Positions 1 through 10,146 of a stretch of DNA of 53,990 nucleotides are shown one piece after another. The stretch lies in IMG/VR virus record IMGVR_UViG_3300025276_000041, positions 1 to 53,990 of that record. One strand, written 5' to 3'. Position numbers and translations under genes: made by a program. Position 1 is the stretch's first letter; each line of letters opens with the position of its first letter. Source of the DNA: a virus. Lineage: Duplodnaviria > Caudoviricetes. The notes beneath the pieces are model-generated. The model did no database searches, was not told the origin of the DNA, and worked only from the letters and a program-made list of their open reading frames with translations.

Positions 1-2
1 TT

Positions 3-1883
3 ATAAACGTTAATCATTCAGGAAATGAGTCGTGGACTATAGCAGCTCAATCTGGAGTTGGGGCAGATGATTATTTAGATATAGGTATTAGCGGAGGTAA
101 TAGAGCAATGTCTTGGCACGAAACAGGCAGAGTCGGTATTGGGACTACTAGTCCTCAACAACTTTTGCATATAAATAATTCATCAGGAAGTTTTTCAGCA
201 GAAGCAGTATTAAGAGGTTCAACTTCAACAGGAACACCAAAAAGTGAAATAGCATTTAAAAGAGCAGCATCAGGCGATGGGGCAAATATGGTTTTAAGAA
301 CATCAAATAGTTCAGGAACAATACAAGATGTTTTAACATTAGACACTTCACAGAACGCAACGTTTGCAGGAGATTTAATTTTACCTGCTCAAAATATACA
401 ATTTGGAAGTAATAGTAATCACATTTTATCATTTGAAAGTTTAGATAGTACTACAACTGCAATGGAGTTACAGATGGTATCTGTACAAGGAAATGCCATA
501 GGAAAAATTTATGCAGAGGGTACTGTAGGGGATGGAAACAATCTTATGGCTTTTCGAAACGGAAATGGAAATAACTTTATGGCTTCTACTCAAGGGGGTT
601 CTACTGTATTTTCTACAAGTAATACAGAAAGAATCAGAATTACTAGCGCAGGCAACGTTGGAATTGGTACTACTGCTCCCGGCTCTAAATTAGATGTTAA
701 TGGAAATGGTAGATTTTTAGGTTCTGCAACATACGACACAATATCCATATACAATAGCGTCGCCGCCAACGCAGACAAACAAGCTGGTTTAGCTAGTCTA
801 AATCACGCTGGGAATAAAGTTTCTATGTTGCAATACGCTACCAACTCTGGTGCAAATACTATGTATTATGGTAGTGCTGATAATAATTTTTCTGGATTAC
901 AAAATCATATTTGGTATGTAAATGCAGGAGTAAATACACCTGCCACTGGTCACACTGAAGCAATGCGTATTAATTCTTCAGCCAACGTTGGTATTGGGAC
1001 AACTGGAATATATGCTACAGCCCAAGATTTAAACTTGTCAGGTAAAGGAATATCTATTAAAAATAATATAACAGGCTCAAATAACAATTGGAGTTATATC
1101 CATAATACAGCAGCAGGAAGTAGTTCAAATTTAGTTTTTGCTACAGGAGCATCATTAACCGCTTTAACTTTAGCACATAGTGGAAAAGCAACCTTTGCAG
1201 GAGATGTAACAGTCACTGATAGGTTATTAATAAATGCTGCGACAACAGGAAGTCCTTATCTTTCTCTTGACCAAAATGGAGTAGAGAAAGCCTACATACA
1301 ATATGTTGATGCAGGAGATAATCTTGTTATGCAATCGGACGGTGTAATGAATTTTAGAACTGGCGCTACATCAAGACTGAGCATAGATACTGATGGAAAA
1401 TCAACTTTCATAGCAGAAACTACTTCATCTTCAGGAGTTTTAACTTTACGAGGTACTAGCGCAACAGGAGGCGTTAGTTTATATTTTAATCAAGCTTCAA
1501 CTAGAAGAGCTTATATAGATTATGAAAATGCAGGGAATATAATTGTTGCTTCAGAGTATGGAGGCGTAAAATTCATGACTGGAACTGGTGGTACTGAAAC
1601 TGAGAAAATGGTTATTCAGTCTGACGGTGACGTTGGTATTGGTGTTACAAACCCAGTTAACAAATTACAAGTTGGTGGTAAAATATATTCATCTAGTGAT
1701 ATACAAGCAGTTGGTCAAGTGCAAACTGCAACCTTAAGATGGTCAGCAACTACAACGCCATTAGAGCAATCTGGAGCATTAACAAGTTCTGCGCCAGCTG
1801 ATCCAGATACGCCAAGTGGATATATAGAAATTAAAGTTCAAACAACTGTTTATCTTATACCTATATTTGAAAAAGAAACCTAA
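3..1883 (+). CDS. Tail fibre / receptor-binding protein, 5'-truncated by the window edge
   Basis: The frame is open from position 3, upstream of the ORF-track Met at 108. It has repeated G(N/R/D)VGIGTTxP and ExMRI motifs typical of Bacteroidota-phage fibre repeats and is G/S/T/N-rich. Confidence 0.85.
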   Translation: MNVNHSGNESWTIAAQSGVGADDYLDIGISGGNRAMSWHETGRVGIGTTSPQQLLHINNSSGSFSAEAVLRGSTSTGTPKSEIAFKRAASGDGANMVLRTSNSSGTIQDVLTLDTSQNATFAGDLILPAQNIQFGSNSNHILSFESLDSTTTAMELQMVSVQGNAIGKIYAEGTVGDGNNLMAFRNGNGNNFMASTQGGSTVFSTSNTERIRITSAGNVGIGTTAPGSKLDVNGNGRFLGSATYDTISIYNSVAANADKQAGLASLNHAGNKVSMLQYATNSGANTMYYGSADNNFSGLQNHIWYVNAGVNTPATGHTEAMRINSSANVGIGTTGIYATAQDLNLSGKGISIKNNITGSNNNWSYIHNTAAGSSSNLVFATGASLTALTLAHSGKATFAGDVTVTDRLLINAATTGSPYLSLDQNGVEKAYIQYVDAGDNLVMQSDGVMNFRTGATSRLSIDTDGKSTFIAETTSSSGVLTLRGTSATGGVSLYFNQASTRRAYIDYENAGNIIVASEYGGVKFMTGTGGTETEKMVIQSDGDVGIGVTNPVNKLQVGGKIYSSSDIQAVGQVQTATLRWSATTTPLEQSGALTSSAPADPDTPSGYIEIKVQTTVYLIPIFEKET

Positions 1884-2020
1884 TGATAATGCAAAAAGCA
1901 ACACCTGAGCTTATAGCTAAAATAAAAAAGTCAGGAAAAAAAATAATTAAAATGAGTCTTGAAGATTTTCAATTATCTTTAGGAGGAATATCAACATCAA
2001 AACCAAAAACAAGTAAATAA
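1883..2020 (+). CDS. Small hypothetical protein (45 aa, MIMQKATPELIAKIKK...)
   Basis: Translated by hand. ATG overlaps the upstream TAA, and the ORF fills the gap to the next gene. Confidence 0.55.
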   Translation: MIMQKATPELIAKIKKSGKKIIKMSLEDFQLSLGGISTSKPKTSK

Positions 2021-2023
2021 ATT

Positions 2024-2383
2024 ATGGCAACAACATACGATTGGAATTGCAAAACAGTAGACTGTTACCCTATTGACGGAGAATACACAGACGTTGTGTA
2101 TAACGTGCACTGGATAGTAACTGGAACATCAAGCACTTTAGACCCTCATGGTAACGCTTATACATTATCAAGTATTGGTACACAAACAATAAGCACTAGT
2201 GATCTTTCTGGATTCACACCTTTCGATAATCTTACTAATGCAAACGTAGTAGCTTGGACTAAGTCAGCTATGGGCGCAGAGCAGGTTACAGCTATAGAAA
2301 CAAATATTGATAGTCAAATAGCTTTAATAATTACACCAACTTCAGTTACACTTACTATTGGTCAGCCTGTACCAGCTGAATAA
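2024..2383 (+). CDS. Tail-fibre-associated protein
   Basis: The VVYNVHW...FTPFDNLT...VVAW pattern is common downstream of marine phage fibre genes. Confidence 0.6.
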   Translation: MATTYDWNCKTVDCYPIDGEYTDVVYNVHWIVTGTSSTLDPHGNAYTLSSIGTQTISTSDLSGFTPFDNLTNANVVAWTKSAMGAEQVTAIETNIDSQIALIITPTSVTLTIGQPVPAE

Positions 2384-2434
2384 GTAAATAATTTGTATAT
2401 TTATGCCCTTGTTTAATTAATAAAATAAAATTCA

Positions 2435-2683
2435 ATGTCGCAAGATAATAAAATCACACAAGAAGAGTTGACTAGGGTTACAGAGCTTAACTCTAAAATG
2501 GTTCAGATTCAAGGAGAAATTGGAGCTGGAGAACTTCGTAAAGCCGACTTAGTAGCAATGTTTGCTAAAGAATCTGAGCAAATGGAAGTTATTAAAAAAG
2601 AACTAGAAGACACATACGGAAAAGTCAACATTGACCTAAAAGACGGTTCTTATGAGTTGATTCCCGAAGAAGAGAAAGAGTAA
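2435..2683 (+). CDS. Coiled-coil small protein (possible fibre assembly chaperone)
   Basis: Helical, acidic sequence ending LEDTYGKVNIDLKDGSY, with an A-rich leader. Confidence 0.55.
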   Translation: MSQDNKITQEELTRVTELNSKMVQIQGEIGAGELRKADLVAMFAKESEQMEVIKKELEDTYGKVNIDLKDGSYELIPEEEKE

Positions 2684-2702
2684 ATTATTTATAATTCCTA
2701 GC

Positions 2703-3137
2703 ATGGCAAAGATTAGCACGTACACGATAACAGTTCCAACAGAAAACGATATAATCATAGGCACAGACGTTGAGAACACCAACATAACTAAGAACTTTAC
2801 GGCTCTTAGTGTAGCTAATCTTGCTGCCGCTTACACTCTTCAAAATGTCTTAACTGAAGGGAATGTTGCAACATCGAACATGACCTTAACTGGTAATCTT
2901 TCCATTACTGGAAACACCACGCTAACAGGGCCCGTTGTTGTTGCAGGCACATTGCGTGTTGACAGCGCGGGAACTCAGCCTACTGATGGGACTGACGTTG
3001 ATCCCTCGGCTCAACCTATTACACCTATTGTAGGTAGTGGGAAAAGCTCTACTAGATACCTTTCTGAGCCCGACGCGTGGCTTAAGGTAAATATTGGAGG
3101 AACTGAATATGTGTTCCCTGGTTATATACCGGGATAA
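2703..3137 (+). CDS. Short fibre-like structural protein
   Basis: N-terminus (MAKISTY...DIIIGTD...TKNF) is paralogous to 51463..52185. C-terminus resembles the end of the fibre at 3..1883. Confidence 0.6.
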   Translation: MAKISTYTITVPTENDIIIGTDVENTNITKNFTALSVANLAAAYTLQNVLTEGNVATSNMTLTGNLSITGNTTLTGPVVVAGTLRVDSAGTQPTDGTDVDPSAQPITPIVGSGKSSTRYLSEPDAWLKVNIGGTEYVFPGYIPG

Positions 3138-3148
3138 AATATACTTTA

Positions 3149-3373
3149 ATGGACATTAGAAAATTATCCGTTGGCGCGGACTATAAGTCGGGCGCAATGC
3201 ATTACATCGTTTCACAAGACGTCCTTGGAGGGTCTCATAAAATCCACCTTATTCAAAAGGATAAGTCTAGTGGAGACATAAAAATTTGGGTAGAAAGCAA
3301 TGATGAAGTAATTCTTTGGAAGCAATTCAATGCGAATATGCCTTTTTCTATAGAGTATAACATTAATTTTTAA
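3149..3373 (+). CDS. Hypothetical protein
   Basis: 74-aa ORF in operon context. Confidence 0.7.
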   Translation: MDIRKLSVGADYKSGAMHYIVSQDVLGGSHKIHLIQKDKSSGDIKIWVESNDEVILWKQFNANMPFSIEYNINF

Positions 3374-3379
3374 AGAGGC

Positions 3380-3481
3380 ATGTCGCAAGATTTTAATAAT
3401 TGGCTAGAAGAACTAGAGGAAAAAGAAGTTTCCGAAACGTGTAGTATTGATGATCCTGAGTGTGAAAATTGTGGGTCATGA
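3380..3481 (+). CDS. 33-aa acidic peptide ending CSIDDPECENCGS (resembles the RNR alpha-subunit C-terminal tail)
   Basis: Translated by hand as MSQDFNNWLEELEEKEVSETCSIDDPECENCGS. It fills the intergenic gap and has an ATGA overlap with the next gene. Confidence 0.8.
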   Translation: MSQDFNNWLEELEEKEVSETCSIDDPECENCGS

Positions 3482-4041
3482 AGTCTCCACATTCTTTTAT
3501 TATAAAACCAGTAAAAGGAAGGCGTTATGACAATATTAAGAAAATTGGTGATGTGGATTTCATCACGAGCTCTTCAAAAGAAGACCATAAAGTATCTAAT
3601 AGGTTTGCTGAAGTAATAGAAGTTCCTATCGGATACCAAGGGGACATTAAGAGTGGGGATATTCTTTTGGTTCACCATAATGTTTTTAAGTATTACAATG
3701 ATATGCGGGGCCGAGAAAGGAGTAGTCATAACTTCTGGAAGGACGACATATTCTTTGTCGATTTTCATCAGTTTTTTCTATATCACAATGGTGTCGATTG
3801 GAACACCACAGGGAAGTATTGCTTTATAAAACCCTCAGAGACTAAAGACTACTATTTAAATAAGTTTACTAAGGAGGAGCCTCTTGTTGGGACGATACGT
3901 TACATTACTAAAAAGCTACAAAATATAGGGCTAAAAGAGGGTGACGAGATAGCCTACACCCCTGATAGTGAATATGAATTCACTGTAGAGGGAGAAAAGC
4001 TTTATCGAGTAAATAGTGAAAACATTTGTATATTGCTTTAA
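3478..4041 (+). CDS. GroES-like co-chaperonin with two tandem GroES-like halves
   Basis: Two repeats of the GroES pattern: FIIKP...AEVIEVP...IKSGDILLV and CFIKP...GTIRY...LKEGDEIAY...EFTVEGEKLYRV. Likely ATG at 3478. Confidence 0.7.
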   Translation: MKSPHSFIIKPVKGRRYDNIKKIGDVDFITSSSKEDHKVSNRFAEVIEVPIGYQGDIKSGDILLVHHNVFKYYNDMRGRERSSHNFWKDDIFFVDFHQFFLYHNGVDWNTTGKYCFIKPSETKDYYLNKFTKEEPLVGTIRYITKKLQNIGLKEGDEIAYTPDSEYEFTVEGEKLYRVNSENICILL

Positions 4042-4313
4042 TGGACATTAATGAAATTAAATTACAAATAATAAAAGCTGGAGAACAAGCTGTCCGTCAA
4101 TTAATTAAAGTTGCTCAAGAAGACATTATAAAATACGACACAGAAGACGAGCTTGCTCCTGATAGATTAAAAAACGCTGCGGCGACAAAGAAGCTTGCTA
4201 TTTTTGATGCTTTTGAAATATTATCTCGCATTGACGCGGAAAGACAAGCGTTAGATGCTCCTGTTGAACAAAATAAATCTAAAGGTGGGTTTGCTGAACG
4301 AAGGGCAAAGTAA
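4041..4313 (+). CDS. Probable terminase small subunit
   Basis: Helical ~90-aa ORF immediately upstream of and overlapping terL. Start has a TAATG overlap. Confidence 0.5.
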   Translation: MDINEIKLQIIKAGEQAVRQLIKVAQEDIIKYDTEDELAPDRLKNAAATKKLAIFDAFEILSRIDAERQALDAPVEQNKSKGGFAERRAK

Positions 4314-6537
4314 GATATACGAGATTGCGCGAGACGTAATCCCAGGCTCTGTTTTTTCTAGGAAGAACAAGGCGAAGTCTTGGCTGTATGGATATGATGA
4401 GAAGTACGATATTATTGTTATATCTAAAGATGGAACAATAGGAGAGATTTATAATATAGGAGGGCTATATGTAGCCTTACCATCTCAACCTAAAAAAATA
4501 TATTCTAGGAGTAAAAAAGTAGCCGATCAATACTGGCATCCTTTTGAATATCCAAAAGAGCTATCTAAGATAAAATCTATATTTTCTTGGAACGATATGC
4601 CTGCTAACTTTAAAGATAAGTGGGTGGACTCTATAGAGGCGGAGTTTGATAACAGAGACAATGGTTTCTGGTTTATGAATAATGGTATTTCAACTTATAT
4701 GACTGGCTCTCACTATATGTATTTGCAGTGGACAAAGATTGACGTAGGTCTTCCGGACTTTAGAGAGGCAAATAGAATATTTTTTATTTTTTGGGAAGCT
4801 TGTAAGGCCGATGTTAGGTCTTTTGGAATGTGCTACTTAAAGATTAGACGTTCAGGTTTTTCTTTTATGGGTTCGTCAGAGACTGTAAATATTGCCACAG
4901 TGGCAAAAGATGCTAGAGTAGGAATACTCTCTAAGACTGGTGGTGATGCTAAAAAAATGTTTACAGACAAGGTGGTTCCTATCAATAGCAATCTCCCTTT
5001 CTTCTTCAAGCCGATTATGGATGGTATGGATAAGCCAAAGACTGAGCTTGCCTATCGTGTTCCCGCCTCAAAAATTACTAAAAAGAATATGACCAAAACT
5101 GAAACAGAAGATGTTGAGGGGTTGGACACTACAATCGATTGGAGAAACACATCCGACAACAGTTATGATGGAGAAAAACTACAGCTATTAATTCATGACG
5201 AGTCTGGGAAATGGATGAAGCCTGATAACATCTTAAATAATTGGCGTGTTACAAAAACTTGTTTGAGGTTGGGATCTAAGGTGATAGGTAAATGTATGAT
5301 GGGTTCTACCTCTAATGCTTTAGATAAGGGTGGTGATAACTTTAAGAAGTTATACTATGACTCTGATCTTACCAAAAGGAATTCAAACGGTCAAACAAAG
5401 AGTGGGCTCTATTCTTTATTTGTTCCTATGGAATGGAATTTTGAAGGATACATAGACAGATACGGTATGCCTGTTTTGTATAGTCCTGAGTCTCCTATAA
5501 AAGGCATAGACGGAGGGAAGATTTCTATGGGAGCTATTGAGTATTGGGAGAATGAGGTTTCGTCTTTAAAGTCTGACTCTGACGCATTAAATGAGTTTTA
5601 CAGACAGTTTCCACGAACCGAATCACACGCTTTTAGAGATGAGAGCAAGGCTTCAATATTTAACTTAACAAAAATATATCAGCAGATAGACTATAACGAT
5701 AGCCTAATTACCGAACACTTTGTTACCCGTGGCTCTTTTCATTGGAAGAACGGAGAGAAAGACACAGAGGTTGTTTGGTCTCCTGAGAAAAATGGCAGGT
5801 TTAAAGTTTCTTGGCTTCCCCCTCGTCACCTTCAAAACAAAGTAATAAAATCTAACGGAAAGTTTTTGCCAGGGAACGAGCATATTGGATCTTTCGGCTG
5901 TGACTCTTACGATATTTCAGGCGTTGTTGGGGGAGGTGGCTCTAATGGTGCACTTCATGGAATGACAAAGTTTAATATGGATGACGCTCCTAGTAATGAG
6001 TTTTTCTTGGAGTATGTAGCTAGGCCACAAACTGCAGAGATATTCTTTGAAGAGGTTCTAATGGCCTGTGTATTTTATGGCATGCCAGTGCTGGCTGAAA
6101 ACAATAAACCTAGGCTCTTGTATCACTTTAAAAACAGGGGGTACAGAGGCTTTAGTATGAACAGGCCCGACAAGCGCCTTAACAAGCTCTCTAAGACCGA
6201 GAAAGAGCTAGGCGGAATACCTAACTCGTCAGAAGACGTAAAGCAGTCTCACGCATCCGCAGTGGAGTCCTATATAGAAAAGTATGTAGGGATAGACACG
6301 GAGGGCACGTATAGAGAGAGTGGGGACATGGGCTCTATGCCCTTTGCTCGAACATTAGAAGATTGGGCAAGATTTGACATTAATAACAGAACGAAATTTG
6401 ATGCCACCATTAGCTCTGGTTTAGCGTGTATGGCCAATCAAAAACACATGTATCTACCTGAGCAAAAGCAATCAAAAATAAGCGTTAACTTTGCTAGATA
6501 TAATAACCGTGGCTCGTTCAGCGAACTATTACAGTAA
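4255..6537 (+). CDS. terL: Terminase large subunit
   Basis: Walker A-like KIRRSGFS, Walker B LLIHDESGK, motif III GST and nuclease GCDSYD, located upstream of the portal. Exact start is uncertain. Confidence 0.9.
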   Translation: MLLLNKINLKVGLLNEGQSKIYEIARDVIPGSVFSRKNKAKSWLYGYDEKYDIIVISKDGTIGEIYNIGGLYVALPSQPKKIYSRSKKVADQYWHPFEYPKELSKIKSIFSWNDMPANFKDKWVDSIEAEFDNRDNGFWFMNNGISTYMTGSHYMYLQWTKIDVGLPDFREANRIFFIFWEACKADVRSFGMCYLKIRRSGFSFMGSSETVNIATVAKDARVGILSKTGGDAKKMFTDKVVPINSNLPFFFKPIMDGMDKPKTELAYRVPASKITKKNMTKTETEDVEGLDTTIDWRNTSDNSYDGEKLQLLIHDESGKWMKPDNILNNWRVTKTCLRLGSKVIGKCMMGSTSNALDKGGDNFKKLYYDSDLTKRNSNGQTKSGLYSLFVPMEWNFEGYIDRYGMPVLYSPESPIKGIDGGKISMGAIEYWENEVSSLKSDSDALNEFYRQFPRTESHAFRDESKASIFNLTKIYQQIDYNDSLITEHFVTRGSFHWKNGEKDTEVVWSPEKNGRFKVSWLPPRHLQNKVIKSNGKFLPGNEHIGSFGCDSYDISGVVGGGGSNGALHGMTKFNMDDAPSNEFFLEYVARPQTAEIFFEEVLMACVFYGMPVLAENNKPRLLYHFKNRGYRGFSMNRPDKRLNKLSKTEKELGGIPNSSEDVKQSHASAVESYIEKYVGIDTEGTYRESGDMGSMPFARTLEDWARFDINNRTKFDATISSGLACMANQKHMYLPEQKQSKISVNFARYNNRGSFSELLQ

Positions 6538-8973
6538 ATGAAAGAGGTAAGTATTGACATTTTGCCCTCAGGGTTTCCGAGTCAGTTTGTATCTGACGCA
6601 GAGAAAGCGACTCAAGAGTTTGGGCTCAAGATAGGACAATCCATTCAGTATGAATGGTTTAAAAGAGATAGTGGGTCTTGTAGATACTACGGTCAGTGGC
6701 GTGAATTTAATCGTTTAAGGCTATATGCTAGAGGCGAACAATCGGTTGCTAAATACAAAAATGAGCTTTCTGTAGATGGTGATTTAAGCTATTTAAACCT
6801 AGACTGGACACCCGTCCCTATTCTTCCAAAGTTCGTTGACATTGTTGTAAACGGAATGCAAAGTCGTCAATTTGAAGTTAGAGCATATGCTCAAGACGCT
6901 ATGTCTGCAGGTAAAAGAAACGCCTATCAAGATATAATTGAAGGCGACATGGTAGCAAAAGAGCCATTAACCAAAATGTCAAAAGCTTTTGGAATTGATC
7001 CCTTTCAAATGGATCCTTCTCAATTGCCAAATGATGATCAAGAGTTAGCTCTTTATATGCAGCTAAATTATAAACCATCTATTGAAATAGCAGAAGAAGA
7101 AGCAATCAATACTTTACTAGAAGAAAATCATTACTCTGACATTCGCAAAAGAGTAGACTATGATTTAACAACAATTGGGATTGGCATTACAAAGCAAGAG
7201 TTTTTAGCAGGCGATGGAGTTAGAGTAAGTTATGTTGATCCAGCAAATGTTGTTTATAGCTATACTGAAGACCCTCAGTTTAAAGATTGTTTTTATTGGG
7301 GAGAGATTAAGACACTTCCAATAACTGAACTTATTAAAATTGACCCTAGTCTTACAACTGAAGATTTAGAAACAATATCAAAGTATAGCCAGAGCTGGTA
7401 CGATTACTTTAATGTATCCGATCAGTATCAAAATGATATTTTTAGTAGAGACTCTGCAACTCTAATGTATTTCAATTATAAGACAACAAATAAGTTTGTT
7501 TATAAAAAGAAAGACTTAGATAATGGTAACTCTAGAGTTATAGAGAAAGACGACAACTTTAATCCGCCTGAAGAGATGATGGAGGAAGGTAACTTTACTA
7601 AAGTTGAAAAAACAATAGATGTATGGTATGAAGGAGTTATGGTTATGGGAACTAATATTATGCTCCAATGGAAAATGATGGAGAATATGGTTCGTCCTCA
7701 ATCTGCTTCTCAATACGCAATGCCTAACTACGTTGCAACGGCACCTAGAATGTACAAAGGAAACATAGAGTCTTTGGTTAGAAGAATGATTCCTTTCGCT
7801 GATTTAATTCAAGTCACGCACTTGAAGATGCAACAAGTTATATCAAGAATAGTCCCAGATGGCGTATTCATTGATGCCGATGGGCTTAACGAAGTTGACT
7901 TAGGAACTGGCGCTGCATATAATCCCGAAGACGCGTTACGCTTATACTTCCAAACGGGTAGTGTTATTGGACGTAGCTATACACAAGACGGGGAATTTAA
8001 TAATGCTCGCGTTCCTATTCAACAACTCACATCTAACTCTGGGCAATCTAAAATGGCTGCATTGATTGGCAACTACAATCACTATATGGGTATGATCCGC
8101 TCAGTAACTGGACTTAATGAAGCAAGGGATGGATCCACTCCCGCGCCAGAGGCTCTTGTCGGTGTTCAAAAGTTAGCCGCTTTAAATTCCAACACGGCAA
8201 CTAGGCATATTTTAGAGGGAAGTCTATATATAACCAGAACACTAGCTGAAGCTCTATCTTGCAGGGTTGCTGACATTATGCAATACTCTGATTTTAAAGA
8301 AGAGTTTGCTATGCAGATAGGTAAGTATAATGTGCGTCTTTTGGAAGAAATAAAAGATTTATATATATATGACTTTGGTGTATTTATAGAAATGTCTCCA
8401 GATGAAGAAGAGAAAGGACAGCTAGAAGCTAATATACAAATGGCTTTATCTAGAGACGCAATTGGTCTAGAAGACGCTATTGATATAAGAGAAATAAAAA
8501 ACATTAAGCTAGCCAATCAATTGCTTAAAGTAAAAAGAAAGCAGCATAAAAAAGAAGAGCAACAAGCTGAAATGATGAAACAACAATCTCAAGCTCAGAT
8601 AAATGCTCAATCTCAACAGATGTCTGCACAGATGGCTATGCAAAAAATACAAGCCGAAACTCAAGGGAAAATGCAAATCAAACAAGCGGAAGTTGCTTTT
8701 GAAATAGAAAAACTTAAGAATGAAGCAATGCTTAAGAAAGAATTGATGGCTACGGAGTTTCAGTATCAAATGCAAATAAAAGGCGTTCAAGAAACCGCTA
8801 TTGACAATAGAGAACAAAGCAGAGAAGATTCTAAATCTCAAAGAATAAGTCAACAGAACTCAGAACAGTCTAAGCTTATAAATCAAAGGAAAAACAATTT
8901 GCCTCCAGTAAGTTTTGAGTCTAACGAAGACTCTCTAGATGGCTTTGATTTTGCTGAATTCAATCCTCGATAA
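6538..8973 (+). CDS. Portal protein
   Basis: 811 aa directly after terL, with PILPKFVDIVVNG and a Q-rich coiled-coil C-terminal barrel as in P22/crAss-type portals. Confidence 0.85.
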   Translation: MKEVSIDILPSGFPSQFVSDAEKATQEFGLKIGQSIQYEWFKRDSGSCRYYGQWREFNRLRLYARGEQSVAKYKNELSVDGDLSYLNLDWTPVPILPKFVDIVVNGMQSRQFEVRAYAQDAMSAGKRNAYQDIIEGDMVAKEPLTKMSKAFGIDPFQMDPSQLPNDDQELALYMQLNYKPSIEIAEEEAINTLLEENHYSDIRKRVDYDLTTIGIGITKQEFLAGDGVRVSYVDPANVVYSYTEDPQFKDCFYWGEIKTLPITELIKIDPSLTTEDLETISKYSQSWYDYFNVSDQYQNDIFSRDSATLMYFNYKTTNKFVYKKKDLDNGNSRVIEKDDNFNPPEEMMEEGNFTKVEKTIDVWYEGVMVMGTNIMLQWKMMENMVRPQSASQYAMPNYVATAPRMYKGNIESLVRRMIPFADLIQVTHLKMQQVISRIVPDGVFIDADGLNEVDLGTGAAYNPEDALRLYFQTGSVIGRSYTQDGEFNNARVPIQQLTSNSGQSKMAALIGNYNHYMGMIRSVTGLNEARDGSTPAPEALVGVQKLAALNSNTATRHILEGSLYITRTLAEALSCRVADIMQYSDFKEEFAMQIGKYNVRLLEEIKDLYIYDFGVFIEMSPDEEEKGQLEANIQMALSRDAIGLEDAIDIREIKNIKLANQLLKVKRKQHKKEEQQAEMMKQQSQAQINAQSQQMSAQMAMQKIQAETQGKMQIKQAEVAFEIEKLKNEAMLKKELMATEFQYQMQIKGVQETAIDNREQSREDSKSQRISQQNSEQSKLINQRKNNLPPVSFESNEDSLDGFDFAEFNPR

Positions 8974-8991
8974 AGGATATATTTTTTATCA

Positions 8992-8999
8992 TAACTTTG
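8992..8999 (+). promoter_or_regulatory. Bacteroidota -7 promoter box TAACTTTG
   Basis: Matches TAnnTTTG, 20 nt upstream of the scaffold ATG. Confidence 0.65.
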
Positions 9000-9018
9000 T
9001 ATCAATTAAATTAAATCT

Positions 9019-10131
9019 ATGAAAATTACAGTAAAAGAAGTCGCTAATGTCGAAGCAAAGTCAGTTCAAGAAGTTGAAAATGAATTGTTGACTAAGCACG
9101 AAGAGGAGTTTTCTCAAGAAGAAAAAGTTCCAGAAACAAATACAGGAGAGGTAGCTACCGAGGAAACTCAAGTTGCTGAACTTGAAAAACAGAGTTCCTC
9201 ACTTAAAGAGGAAGACGTTCTTTCATATATTAAAAATAGATATGATAAGCAGATTGACTCTGTAGATCAATTGTTTTCCGAAAGAGAGCAAGCTGAAGAT
9301 CTACCAGAAGATGTTTCCGCTTATTTAAAATATAAAAAAGAAACAGGTAGAGGCATTAAAGACTTTATGAAAATAAATGAAGACTTTGATGACCTAGACG
9401 ACAATACTCTCTTAGCGAGATATTACGCCAATAAAGAAGATGGCCTCGACAGTGATGACATTTCTTTTATGATCGAAGAAGAGTTCGGTTATGACACAGA
9501 AATAGATGAAGAGTCAGACATTAGGCATAAGAAGGTAGCTAAGAAAAAAGAACTTGCCAAAGCAAAGAACTTCTTTGAGGATCAAAAGGAAAAGTACAAA
9601 GCCCCCCTTGAGTCAAGCCCGGGTGCCGCTTCTTCTAAAGACCAAGAAGAGTTTAATTCTTACAAGGAATACCAAGCGAAAGCTTTAAATGTCCAAGATG
9701 AGGAACGTAAAAAGTACGAATGGTTTCAAAAGAAGACGGATGAATACTTCAATGATGAATTTAAAGGTTTTGAATTCAATGTCAATGATAGGGATATAGT
9801 CTACTCTCCTGCTGATGCTGCAGAAATCAAAAGCACTCAATCTGACCTTAACAATTTTATTTCAAAATACGTTAACAAGGATGGTGTAATTGACAATGCC
9901 AAAGGATACCATAAAGCTCTAGCGATGGCGATGAACCCAGACCGAGTAGCCAAGTTCTTCTATGAGCAAGGCATGTCGGACGCTGTAGATAATGTAGCAA
10001 GAAAGTCTAAGAACATTAATATGGATATTAGGCAGACACCACAGAATCTTAGTAAAGGAGGGTTTAACGTGAAGTCCGTAAGCAATGACTCTAGTCGTGG
10101 CTTGAGGATACGTTCAAATAAAAATAAATGA
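9019..10131 (+). CDS. Capsid scaffolding protein
   Basis: Highly acidic helical protein between the portal and major capsid genes. Confidence 0.7.
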   Translation: MKITVKEVANVEAKSVQEVENELLTKHEEEFSQEEKVPETNTGEVATEETQVAELEKQSSSLKEEDVLSYIKNRYDKQIDSVDQLFSEREQAEDLPEDVSAYLKYKKETGRGIKDFMKINEDFDDLDDNTLLARYYANKEDGLDSDDISFMIEEEFGYDTEIDEESDIRHKKVAKKKELAKAKNFFEDQKEKYKAPLESSPGAASSKDQEEFNSYKEYQAKALNVQDEERKKYEWFQKKTDEYFNDEFKGFEFNVNDRDIVYSPADAAEIKSTQSDLNNFISKYVNKDGVIDNAKGYHKALAMAMNPDRVAKFFYEQGMSDAVDNVARKSKNINMDIRQTPQNLSKGGFNVKSVSNDSSRGLRIRSNKNK

Positions 10132-10146
10132 TTAAAATAAATTATT

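Noticed and set aside
3-1883. Diversity-generating retroelement target in the fibre gene
   Set aside because: No reverse transcriptase or template repeat is seen, and the repeats are protein-level fibre motifs.
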